Of a stretch of DNA of 64,000 bases, positions 38,661 through 47,499 are shown piece after piece. Each line of letters opens with the position of its first letter. Position 1 is the first letter of the stretch. This stretch comes from Clostridia bacterium (GTDB taxonomy: Bacteria > Bacillota > Clostridia > TANB77 > CAG-508), in the NCBI GenBank assembly GCA_022793875.1, contig JAAWDR010000004.1:4287-68286 (forward strand), in the 5' to 3' direction. The notes below the pieces were generated by a model. The model saw nothing but the letters and a program-made list of their open reading frames with translations, did no database searches and had not been told where the DNA came from. The translations under genes and the position numbers were made by a program.

Positions 38661-40184
38661 TTATATCTGATTATAATAATTCATATTTATATCTAAACCT
38701 AAATGCCACCTACCAATAAAATCAATCAATAGATAATCATCCAAATTATATATAGGTTCTTGTATTACATTTCCTTTTCTATCAATGCTTCCCCATCTAC
38801 CATCTTTTTTTACTGCAGCAAATCCATAATCATTTTGTTCTGTTGCATCATTATAAATATAATCTACTATAACTTTTCCACTCTTATCTGTATATCCATA
38901 TTTTCCATCTTTTTTACTTAAAAACATTGTTCTATTTGGAAAAATATCTGATTCTTGTTTTTCTTCAAATTTAAAATTATAATACTTATAATTATCATCA
39001 ACTCTTAATTTTAAATATCCTTTAGTTTCATTTAGCTCAACCAATATTCCACTTACTTTGCTTTCTAAATTGCTATTGAATATATTAGAATTGAATTTGT
39101 CGTCTTCTGCTATATAAATATCTGCTTTCTCGTTATATACAATTGATGTATATTCAAAAGGTAGTTTTTCTTCTTTTTGAATATTTATAATTCCATATTT
39201 TTGACCTAATTTAGCTATAAATATTCCCATTTTAGATTCTTTTAATAAATCATAATTAGCTTCTATTATAACTTCTCCTGTTAAATTCATTATTCCATAT
39301 TTATTTGCTTTTTCAAATATTACTGCATTTTCTTGACTTGCTAATATTTCTTTAATAGAATCAAATCCTGTTATTAAAACATCTTCTCCATTTCTATTTA
39401 CTAATTTTTGCTTTCCTTCTGATACTACTACATATAAATCATTTTTGTATATTTTTTCAATAGAATCATATTTCATTTCTAATACTTTATTTTTTGAATA
39501 GTCTATAATTCCATATTTTCCACTATCATCTTTTACAATAAATCCTGATTTATTATCTTTACCCAATATGTCTATATCTGCATATTTAGCTTCAACTACT
39601 ATTTTTCCTTCATTATCTACTATTCCATATTTTCCATCTTTTTTTATCTTAAATGAATTTTCTATTCCTAAAACTGCCACAATTTCTTCATATTCTGGTT
39701 TCAAAACTTCTTTTCCATTTAAGTTTATTAATCCAAATCTTTCATTTTTTTGAACTTTTAGTACATTTTCTTCATACAAAAGATTTCCATTCTTATCTTG
39801 ATTTGTTATTGCTTCTATTTTTTCATAACCTTTAAAAATTTCTTCATTTTTTTCATTTATCACTTTGGTTTTATATGTTCCATTTTCATAATCTGTATCA
39901 TATGTAACAATAAATACTCCTGCTTTATTGTTTGGAATTACTATCATTTCTGCATATGAAGGATCTGTTACATAATTTCCAGTTGAGTTTATTACTCCCC
40001 ATTTATTGTCTTTATATACTGAAAAATAGCTTTCACTTGTTATTTTTCCACTTGATTCATCTTTTGTTAATAATCCTTTTATTATAAATATGAACATTAC
40101 TATTACTACTATTGCTATAATTACTGCAAATACCTTTTTCATATTTAGTTTTGGTTCATCATCATATCTTTTTCCTCTACTCAT
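38661..40184 (-). CDS. WG-repeat (KWG) protein with N-terminal TM anchor
   Basis: Repeated (K/R)(W/Y)G(V/I)(I/V)(N/D) units: KWGVIN, RFGLIN, KYGIVD, KYGIID, KYGIMN, KYGIIN, KYGYTD, RWGSID. Confidence 0.8.
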   Translation of the reverse strand: MSRGKRYDDEPKLNMKKVFAVIIAIVVIVMFIFIIKGLLTKDESSGKITSESYFSVYKDNKWGVINSTGNYVTDPSYAEMIVIPNNKAGVFIVTYDTDYENGTYKTKVINEKNEEIFKGYEKIEAITNQDKNGNLLYEENVLKVQKNERFGLINLNGKEVLKPEYEEIVAVLGIENSFKIKKDGKYGIVDNEGKIVVEAKYADIDILGKDNKSGFIVKDDSGKYGIIDYSKNKVLEMKYDSIEKIYKNDLYVVVSEGKQKLVNRNGEDVLITGFDSIKEILASQENAVIFEKANKYGIMNLTGEVIIEANYDLLKESKMGIFIAKLGQKYGIINIQKEEKLPFEYTSIVYNEKADIYIAEDDKFNSNIFNSNLESKVSGILVELNETKGYLKLRVDDNYKYYNFKFEEKQESDIFPNRTMFLSKKDGKYGYTDKSGKVIVDYIYNDATEQNDYGFAAVKKDGRWGSIDRKGNVIQEPIYNLDDYLLIDFIGRWHLGLDINMNYYNQI

Positions 40185-40457
40185 TGTTGTCCTCCTTTTA
40201 TGGTATATTTATATCATAGATTACTTTGAATTTCAATATTTTATCGATTTTTTGCGTAACAAAAAAGTATAATTAAAATTTCTTCAATTTTTAGATTACC
40301 TTCGAAATATTTTTATATATTAAAAGTGATATAGCATTTAAAATATTGCTACATCACCATAAAAAGCACAAGAAAAGTGAAAATTGAAAATTTTCACGCT
40401 GGCACTAATTTAAGTTAGTGCCTTTTATTTTTCTTCTCTATATGTTATAATTCTTTT

Positions 40458-41630
40458 ATGGAATTTTTAGATTACTTAGATGAAGAAGTTAATCATACTT
40501 ATCACCACGATAATTATAAGTCAAAATTTAAAATTAAAGATATTTTTAATGACCACTGGTACTCTTTTTTAGATGATAACCCTAACTTGAACATTAGACC
40601 TATTGTTCTTGAAGAAGTCGAAAAGATGATGGGCTGTGGTTCTCTTTCTAATGGTTATGCTGTCTATACTTGCGACCATTGTAATAATTATTTATATGTG
40701 CCTTTTACTTGTAAATCTCGTTTTTGTTGCTCTTGTGGTACTAAATCTTCTTTAGATAGAGCTGACACTATTTCCAGAAAATCTATCAACTGCACTCATA
40801 GACATATGACTTTTACTATTCATAATGACCTTTGGCCTCTTTTTCAAAAAGATAGATCTTTACTTAATCTCCTTTTTGATGCTGTTTCTTCCACTATTCT
40901 TTCTTGGTTCTATGAGCAAAATCATAAAGAAAATTTTACACCTGGTTTTATTTCCACTTTACATACCTTTGGTCGTGATTTAAAATGGAATCCTCATATT
41001 CACGTCCTTATTACTGAAGGGGCTGCTGGAAACTTTACTCATTGGAAAAAGTTCAATGTTTTTCCTTATATTATGCTTCGTAATCGATTTCAAACTACTT
41101 TACTTTCTTTACTTGAAAAGCATTTTGGTAAGAAAAAATTTAAAGCTCTCAAAAATCATATCTATAAAACTTCTTCTAATGGTTTTTATGTTCATGCTCC
41201 TAAAGTTAAACATCGTAATATTAAATCTACTGTTACATATGTTATTCGTTATTCTGGTAAACCTGCTATGGCTCAATCTCGTATTCTTGACTATGATGGA
41301 GAATATGTTACTTTTTGGTATGATAGACATGAAGATAATCAACATGTTACTGAAAAAATTCATGCTTATGATTTTATCAAAAGACTTATTATTCATATTT
41401 ATGATAAACATTTTAATGTTGTTAGATATTATGGGCTTTATGCTAAAAAACATAAATTTTCTGATAAATTCAATTACATGCTTAAGCCTCATGTTGCTGA
41501 ATTTAGAAAACAATTTAAAAATTGGAGATATCGTATTGAATTATATTTTAAACATGCCCCTCTTAAATGTTCTTGTGGGCATACTTTTCACTTTGACTAT
41601 CTTGTTCAAAAGTCGTATAATACCTCTTAA
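40458..41630 (+). CDS. IS91 family transposase (zinc-binding N-domain plus Y2 HUH domain)
   Basis: Cys-rich N-terminus (CGS..YTCDHCNN..FTCKSRFCCSCG), HTFGRDLKWNPHIHVLITEG, YVIRYSGKPAM and RYYGLYAKK. Confidence 0.8.
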   Translation: MEFLDYLDEEVNHTYHHDNYKSKFKIKDIFNDHWYSFLDDNPNLNIRPIVLEEVEKMMGCGSLSNGYAVYTCDHCNNYLYVPFTCKSRFCCSCGTKSSLDRADTISRKSINCTHRHMTFTIHNDLWPLFQKDRSLLNLLFDAVSSTILSWFYEQNHKENFTPGFISTLHTFGRDLKWNPHIHVLITEGAAGNFTHWKKFNVFPYIMLRNRFQTTLLSLLEKHFGKKKFKALKNHIYKTSSNGFYVHAPKVKHRNIKSTVTYVIRYSGKPAMAQSRILDYDGEYVTFWYDRHEDNQHVTEKIHAYDFIKRLIIHIYDKHFNVVRYYGLYAKKHKFSDKFNYMLKPHVAEFRKQFKNWRYRIELYFKHAPLKCSCGHTFHFDYLVQKSYNTS

Positions 41631-41633
41631 GAG

Positions 41634-41858
41634 GTGATTATTTTGAAAATTAGAAGACCAACTTATACTGAATTTATTTGTACTCATTGTAAATGTCATG
41701 AAAAGATTCCTACTAAAATTGTTTTACAAATGGATATGATGGATCCTGGGGATCCTATTTATCCACCTATGTTTGATTGTGAAAAGTGTGGTGGCTTAAT
41801 GAAACCTGTATATTTCATCGGTTATACTGGTATTGAATATTCTTACGATGGCAATTAA
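41634..41858 (+). CDS. Small zinc-ribbon protein downstream of the transposase
   Basis: 74 aa with CTHCKC and CEKCGG pairs. SD aagagg lies before an in-frame TTG at 41643. Confidence 0.4.
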   Translation: MIILKIRRPTYTEFICTHCKCHEKIPTKIVLQMDMMDPGDPIYPPMFDCEKCGGLMKPVYFIGYTGIEYSYDGN

Positions 41859-42019
41859 TTATTTACATATATTTCCATTTATACCTTTTTATTAAGGTCT
41901 TTTTGTGTTGTCTTTAATATTTTTGTAACTTTATGTTACTTAATTATATTATAATAGAGTTTTTTCTTTTTTTCAATATTTCTTCTTTCTTCAACATTCG
42001 TTCCATTGCGAAGAATGAG

Positions 42020-42195
42020 CAATTTAGTACAAAAGAACAGTTTTCGAATATAAAAAGAAAGCATCTTCTAAAGTTGAAGAAAACACTTTCACGCAGTATG
42101 CTTACGCTTGCAAACAATTAGGCATACACATCGAAACTAGTTCTGTACCAGAATTTAAGCCACGTGTAGAAAGACTTTCTCAAGCACATACATAA
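42020..42195 (+). pseudogene. Remnant of a DDE (rve-type) transposase
   Basis: The frame reads ..ENTFTQYAYACKQLGIHIETSSVPEFKPRVERLSQAHT*. This resembles the ..F.RAC.ELGI......SPQAKGR(V/I)ERL block of integrase-core transposases. It has no start codon and no N-terminal part. Confidence 0.4.
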
Positions 42196-42353
42196 AACGA
42201 TTTAATTACAAATTCGCTTTATGTATTAATAATAACAAATCTGTATATGAAAATCAACCAAGTGAAGAAAAAATAAATCTTATAATATAGTGTGATGCAA
42301 CTGTGAAAGCTGTACCACACCACTATTGATAAAGTCTCAATCATAAGTGCTAG

Positions 42354-42653
42354 TTATAAAACTCTAAACCGATCTAGAATGATATCGAGCCACGCTATCA
42401 TATTTGAGGCATCTGAACACCCATTTATAACCATCCATACCAAATCCCCATCAACTCTAACCTCCGCACTTACACCAACCCTATATGTTTGAACGCTGTG
42501 GGTTGTATATACACTGAAACGCTCGGCATCCGCTATTTCTTCTCTTCTACAACTTCCAGACCATACTTTGATCCAAGGCATATGGGTCGACGTAGAATTA
42601 GTACTTCCTAATTTTATTTTAACTCTTCCATATTCGCCGTAATTTTTCACCAA
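42354..42653 (-). CDS. C-terminal continuation of the pilin-like Big_2 protein in another frame (GC-rich)
   Basis: 99-aa ORF opening right at the end of 42619-43758. A 1-nt shift within AATAAATA would fuse them. G+C is visibly higher than in the surroundings. Confidence 0.5.
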   Translation of the reverse strand: MVKNYGEYGRVKIKLGSTNSTSTHMPWIKVWSGSCRREEIADAERFSVYTTHSVQTYRVGVSAEVRVDGDLVWMVINGCSDASNMIAWLDIILDRFRVL

Positions 42654-43758
42654 CGAGATCCATATTTATTACAAACCCTGCGTAATTTATCTGCGGACTC
42701 TTTAAAGGCAGTCTAATGTGATTACGCAAATTATTATAAGATGTATTGGTAAAAGAATCGTTATAAACAACCTTGATAACTTCAGATGTAAATAATTCAC
42801 TAAGATCATTACTACCTGAAATCGTTATAGGTGGGCTGACAACATTTAAATCGCACTCTCGACTTTTATTCCCTGCTTTTGCATATATTTTAGTTCTTCC
42901 TGATTTACCTGCAGTTATCATTCCATTATCTGATATGGTTGCAACACTTTCATCCAAACTATTCCATTCTATATTATCTGTTGTATTGCTTGGTTCTACT
43001 GTTGCTGTTAACTGTAATGTTTTTCCTACTTCTACTGTTGCACTTTCTTGTGATATACTTAATCCTGTAGCTGGTATTCTTGTTGTTGCTGTAATTTTCT
43101 TTGTTACACCACTATTTACTTCTTTTACTGTTATTTCTACATCTCCTATTTTATCTTTTGCTGTTAATTTTATTTTTCCATTTTCTGTTTTACTTGCTTC
43201 TATTGTAGTACTATCACTAGATATTACTGTTACTTCTGGCTCTTTACTTATTTCTCCTACATTTGTTTCTTCTGTATTTACTATAATATTTCCATTATTA
43301 AATAGTATTTCATAATATTTTCCTTGTACTTCTACAAAATATCTTACGGTTGTCCCCTCTGAATAAACAAATGTATATGTTACTGTTTTTTCTGTATTTC
43401 TCTCTACTGTCACATTTTCTTCGCTTAATGCTATTCCTGTTATAGCATTTTCTCCACTAGTAATTTCCTTTATCTTATATCCTTTTTCTTTTAAGTCACT
43501 TATTACTCCTGCCATTGTGGTTTGTTCGCCACCTGCTATTTCTTCCATTTGTCCTTCCATATATGATATTCTTGCGAATTCTTCTATTTCTTTTAGCTCT
43601 GATATTTTTGTTGCTTCTTGTGCTTTTCCAAATAATCCACTATTTGTTAATGAATTTATTGTTATTCCTGCTAATATTAACAATATTATTATTGTTATTA
43701 CTAGTGCAACTAATGTTATACCATTATTTTTGCAAAATAAAACATTTTTCTTTATCAT
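42619..43758 (-). CDS. Prepilin-like-leader protein with a Big_2 (bacterial Ig-like) domain
   Basis: MIKKNVLFCKNNG/ITLVALVITIIILLILAGITINSL. Big_2-like GLSISQESATVEVGKTLQLTATVEPSNTTDNIEWNSLDESVATISDNGMITAGKSG. Confidence 0.75.
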   Translation of the reverse strand: MIKKNVLFCKNNGITLVALVITIIILLILAGITINSLTNSGLFGKAQEATKISELKEIEEFARISYMEGQMEEIAGGEQTTMAGVISDLKEKGYKIKEITSGENAITGIALSEENVTVERNTEKTVTYTFVYSEGTTVRYFVEVQGKYYEILFNNGNIIVNTEETNVGEISKEPEVTVISSDSTTIEASKTENGKIKLTAKDKIGDVEITVKEVNSGVTKKITATTRIPATGLSISQESATVEVGKTLQLTATVEPSNTTDNIEWNSLDESVATISDNGMITAGKSGRTKIYAKAGNKSRECDLNVVSPPITISGSNDLSELFTSEVIKVVYNDSFTNTSYNNLRNHIRLPLKSPQINYAGFVINMDLVGEKLRRIWKS

Positions 43759-43893
43759 CTTACAATCTTCTCCTTTTTCTTTTGATTTTCTACAAAATCA
43801 TATTATCATACCAGCAATTATTTTGCAAGCATTTTTGAGTGCATATTTATTTTTTCATATAATGTAAAATACTTGCATGAGGAAATAAATAAT

Positions 43894-44094
43894 ATGAATA
43901 AATTAAAAATTCCAGAAAACCATAGTGGTATAAGCAAAACTCTACGCTTACCAGAAAATTTAGTAGATGATGTTCAAAACTTAGCAAACATAAAAAATCT
44001 ATCATTTAACAGAATTATAATTTCATTAATAGAATTTAGTTTAGAAAATTTAGATGAAGAAGATAAAAATAAATTAAATTCATTAAAAAATTAA
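43894..44094 (+). CDS. Possible ribbon-helix-helix (CopG/Arc-like) small protein
   Basis: The MNKLKIP start has SD gagga. ISKTLRLPENLVDDVQNLA...SFNRIIISLIEFSL fits a beta-strand-helix-helix pattern. Confidence 0.4.
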   Translation: MNKLKIPENHSGISKTLRLPENLVDDVQNLANIKNLSFNRIIISLIEFSLENLDEEDKNKLNSLKN

Positions 44095-44364
44095 AATTTC
44101 TACATCTATATCATTATCTAAACTAAAACATAAACTATTTTTTAATTCTTTAACATCATAAACCTGATTAAAATTTATAGAAAAATGCGTTTTATCTATA
44201 TCATCTTTTATAGTTAATATATCATTTTCTATACCATATACTAATTTTTTTATATAAAATTGACTAGAAACAAAGCCTTTCTGCTTAAGAGCAATTGGCT
44301 TTTCTTTATATTTTTCTAAACAATTTAAAACATTCATTAACATTCTATCATCCATAATCATCAC
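44083..44364 (-). CDS. Hypothetical 93-aa protein
   Basis: ORF only; no motif recognised. Confidence 0.35.
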   Translation of the reverse strand: MMIMDDRMLMNVLNCLEKYKEKPIALKQKGFVSSQFYIKKLVYGIENDILTIKDDIDKTHFSINFNQVYDVKELKNSLCFSLDNDIDVEILIF

Positions 44365-44574
44365 CTATCTATATATTTATTTTTTCTCGTTCTAACAACA
44401 ATTGTTCTATTTTTTACAAATCTTTACAATTAACATTTCAATATCAATCTATTAGTTAATATCAATATATATTTCATAGGACATAAAATTTCTCATATCC
44501 TTTTAATCAAAATACCTAATAGATCAATTTTTCCTTATTATATACAATTGTAATTTATTTGTCAATATTAACTT

Positions 44575-44702
44575 TTTAAGTTTTAGTATTTTATTTATAT
44601 ATTTTTTTAAAAGTTATAATATATAGTATAAAACCCGAAATTTTACTATATATTATAACTTTCATATTAATCGTATTTTTACAAAAAACTGAAACTTAAA
44701 TA
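44575..44702. repeat. Nested palindromic element family 1, short (hairpin-only) form (copy 2)
   Basis: AAAAGTTATAATATATAGTA taaaacccga AATTTTACTATATATTATAACTTT, with the outer TAAGTTTT / GAAACTTA arms. Confidence 0.75.
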
Positions 44703-44728
44703 ACCTTTGAATAAACTATAAATTGTAA

Positions 44729-47167
44729 CTATTTATTCAAAAACTTACAAACTACAACACTCATATCATCTTTAGCAACACCATAAGTATTATCAATAGC
44801 CTCATTCAAAATCAAATCAGCAATCTTTTTAGTATTAGTAGACTCCATATCTTCAAGCAAATACTTAACCCATAGTTCTTTATTCTTATATTCAATATTA
44901 GAATCAAGAACACCATCAGAGCACATAATCATAATATCACCACTAGCAATATCTCTATCAAAAGACTGTAAATTAGTATCATTAATAATACCAGCTGGAA
45001 GAGAATTAGCTTTTATGACCTGAACCTTCTTATTATTCTTAATATAAGTTGGACAAGCCCCACTTTTTATAAACTCGATATTACCTTTATATAAATCTAC
45101 AATTGCAATATCTAGAGTTGCAAAAATTTCCTCATTATTATTAATCAAACTAGAATTTATCAATTCAATTGATGTCTTTTTATCAAAACCAGAAACTAAT
45201 AAATTTTCAAGCATTTTTAATGCTTTATTACTACTTTGCCTTGCCTCGTTTCCTGAACCCATTCCATCACTTATAGCAACTAAATATTTACCATCTTTTA
45301 ATCTTATATTTAATATACTATCACCTGATATATTACTATTATTTTTAGTAACTTCTGAATTTCCTATTGCCATAACAAATTTATCATCAGAAAAGAAATT
45401 TAACCTAGTTCCAATACTAGCTTCCTCATTAAAAACAATTTTCTCATTTAAGACTTCTGTAAGTATTTCTTCAATACATTCTATGTCTGTATTGTTAGAC
45501 TTTTCCATATAAATTTCAATTAAAACTCTTTCTTCTTTTTGTATTGAAATTTCTTGTATATTTATCTCCTTTTGTCTTAACAATTCAACTATTTGTCTTT
45601 TCTCATTTGTAAATTGTTCTTCATTTTTAATATTTTTTTCAATATTATCTGCCATATTTGAAAGAGCCTTAGAAACACCTTTTAATTGAGTTTCTATATT
45701 TTTCTTATTCTCTTCAAATTTCTTTTGCCAAACAAAATTTGATTTACTTATTTTATATGACATGTTTATAACTCTAATCATTTGAGAAATATTTTCTTCT
45801 AAATATTCACTTATTTTTTTATCATCAAATCCAACTATATAACTATTACATTTAGCAAATATTTCAAGCAATTGTTCTCTATTTATTTGTTGTTTATCAA
45901 TTAATAGTTTAAATACTTCATCTACAATTTTTCCTTCTGTATTAGCCATATCCTCATATAACATGTTATTTTCATATCCATTTAAGTTATCTAATAACTC
46001 TGAAATAAATATATCTTTATTAGATTGCATTGGCTTATTATCTACAACAGTTTCTTCAACATTATATGTTTTTGCCATTTCTTGTATAGTCTCAGAAACA
46101 TTATTTAACTTATCTGCTGTTTCTTTACTCTTATTTAGAGCCCTATCAGGAAAAATTGGTAATAATTTAGAACTTCCTATAAACTCTTCTATATTTATTT
46201 GAATTGATTTTGGAATTGCTAATAATCCTATTGATGCTATTAATATTTCTTTAAAATGAATTAATTCTACTGTATATCCATTAGCGACATAAGCAAGTAC
46301 TATATTACCTAAACCAAAACCAACTATAACTCCTAATTTACCAAATTTATTTAATATACCTGCTACCATACCTGAAATAGCATAAGCAGCTACCATTAGT
46401 GGGTCAGAGGTTGTTATTACACCTAAAGTAACCCCTATTGTAACACCAGCTGTTGTTCCAACCAATACTCCATTTTTCCATCCTAAAATCATAACAATTA
46501 AAATACTTAAAATATTTCTTATTGAAAATCCAAAAATACTTAATTCTCCAAATGCTCCAAATGCTATAGCTAACATTAAACTAGCACCTAACACTTCTTC
46601 TATTGAAAATGCTTTTGCTTCATAAAAATCTCTAAACGCTATTATTGAATTTACAAATATTTTATAAAATACAACTGCTATTATTGAAATAGAAATACAT
46701 GATAATATATCATATAATGTAAATCCTGATATTCCAACATTTGCTAATTGAATTATCATATATGCTATAAAAATATTTTTTGATAATCTTATTTTCTCAT
46801 TTTTTTCTTCATCATTAGCTATTGGTTTAATTATAAACATTGTTATAATTAGCACTAATGCTGTCAATATATATGTTAAAGCTCCACTGACACCAAACTT
46901 TATGCTTGTCCCTATTAAACTAAAAAGAACAATTCCTAATAATGGCACTGAATTTGCAATACATGCTCCAAAAATACTAATACTAAATGGTGAAATTCCT
47001 TCAGAAATTCCTACCATAGATATCATTAAAGATATTATATATATTGGTATGTTTTTAATTGCAAATACATTTGTAAATAACTCTATCTTTTTGTTTTCTT
47101 TTTTGCTTTCTTTGTAATCTATATCATCTATTGTGCTTTCATTTATATTTTGAAACATCCTTACCAC
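44729..47167 (-). CDS. spoIIE: Stage II sporulation protein E (membrane PP2C phosphatase)
   Basis: 812 aa with about 10 N-terminal TM segments and a C-terminal PP2C domain (AISDGMGSG, MCSDGVLD). Confidence 0.9.
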   Translation of the reverse strand: MVRMFQNINESTIDDIDYKESKKENKKIELFTNVFAIKNIPIYIISLMISMVGISEGISPFSISIFGACIANSVPLLGIVLFSLIGTSIKFGVSGALTYILTALVLIITMFIIKPIANDEEKNEKIRLSKNIFIAYMIIQLANVGISGFTLYDILSCISISIIAVVFYKIFVNSIIAFRDFYEAKAFSIEEVLGASLMLAIAFGAFGELSIFGFSIRNILSILIVMILGWKNGVLVGTTAGVTIGVTLGVITTSDPLMVAAYAISGMVAGILNKFGKLGVIVGFGLGNIVLAYVANGYTVELIHFKEILIASIGLLAIPKSIQINIEEFIGSSKLLPIFPDRALNKSKETADKLNNVSETIQEMAKTYNVEETVVDNKPMQSNKDIFISELLDNLNGYENNMLYEDMANTEGKIVDEVFKLLIDKQQINREQLLEIFAKCNSYIVGFDDKKISEYLEENISQMIRVINMSYKISKSNFVWQKKFEENKKNIETQLKGVSKALSNMADNIEKNIKNEEQFTNEKRQIVELLRQKEINIQEISIQKEERVLIEIYMEKSNNTDIECIEEILTEVLNEKIVFNEEASIGTRLNFFSDDKFVMAIGNSEVTKNNSNISGDSILNIRLKDGKYLVAISDGMGSGNEARQSSNKALKMLENLLVSGFDKKTSIELINSSLINNNEEIFATLDIAIVDLYKGNIEFIKSGACPTYIKNNKKVQVIKANSLPAGIINDTNLQSFDRDIASGDIMIMCSDGVLDSNIEYKNKELWVKYLLEDMESTNTKKIADLILNEAIDNTYGVAKDDMSVVVCKFLNK

Positions 47168-47499
47168 CTCTTAAACTTTTATTGCCATTATTTTACTACT
47201 TGTCCTTTGTATTTTTTGTCTTTTTTAGAAACCTATTAAAAAAAGTTTTTTACAATTTGTGATACATAATTTATAATTATTACATTATTTATCATTTTGT
47301 GGTTTTTATTTTATTATAAATTATCAAAAAAAGCAATATATTCACAATTTTAGTTTAATATTTTTTGATAGCTTGCCATTTGATAGTACTTCCATACCCT
47401 GTTATATTTTTATTATTTACTGCTTGATTGAAGAATGGCGAGCTATCAAAAAACAAAAGAGCCATGTCTCCACAGCTCCTTCAATTTATTAAATTACTA

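Larger units (their letters stand above)
40326..41900 (+). mobile_element. IS91-family (rolling-circle, HUH-Y2) insertion sequence; boundaries approximate
   Basis: Three consecutive hairpins (40326-40358, 40376-40397, 40401-40422) lie upstream of a Y2 transposase gene. No terminal inverted repeats were seen, as expected for IS91. Confidence 0.45.

Noticed and set aside
41056-41637. Overlapping ORFs inside the IS91 transposase gene (41056-41637 plus strand, 41109-41513 minus strand).
   Set aside because: They are alternative-frame or antisense ORFs of low complexity within a gene whose main frame carries all the family motifs.
47365-47450. A 20-bp inverted repeat TTTTTTGATAGCT(T/C)GCCATT flanking about 47 bp, downstream of the adhesin gene.
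   Set aside because: It occurs only once and is plausibly just a long terminator-type hairpin. The 12-mer it shares with palindrome B (GCTTGATTGAAG) is within chance expectation for this composition.
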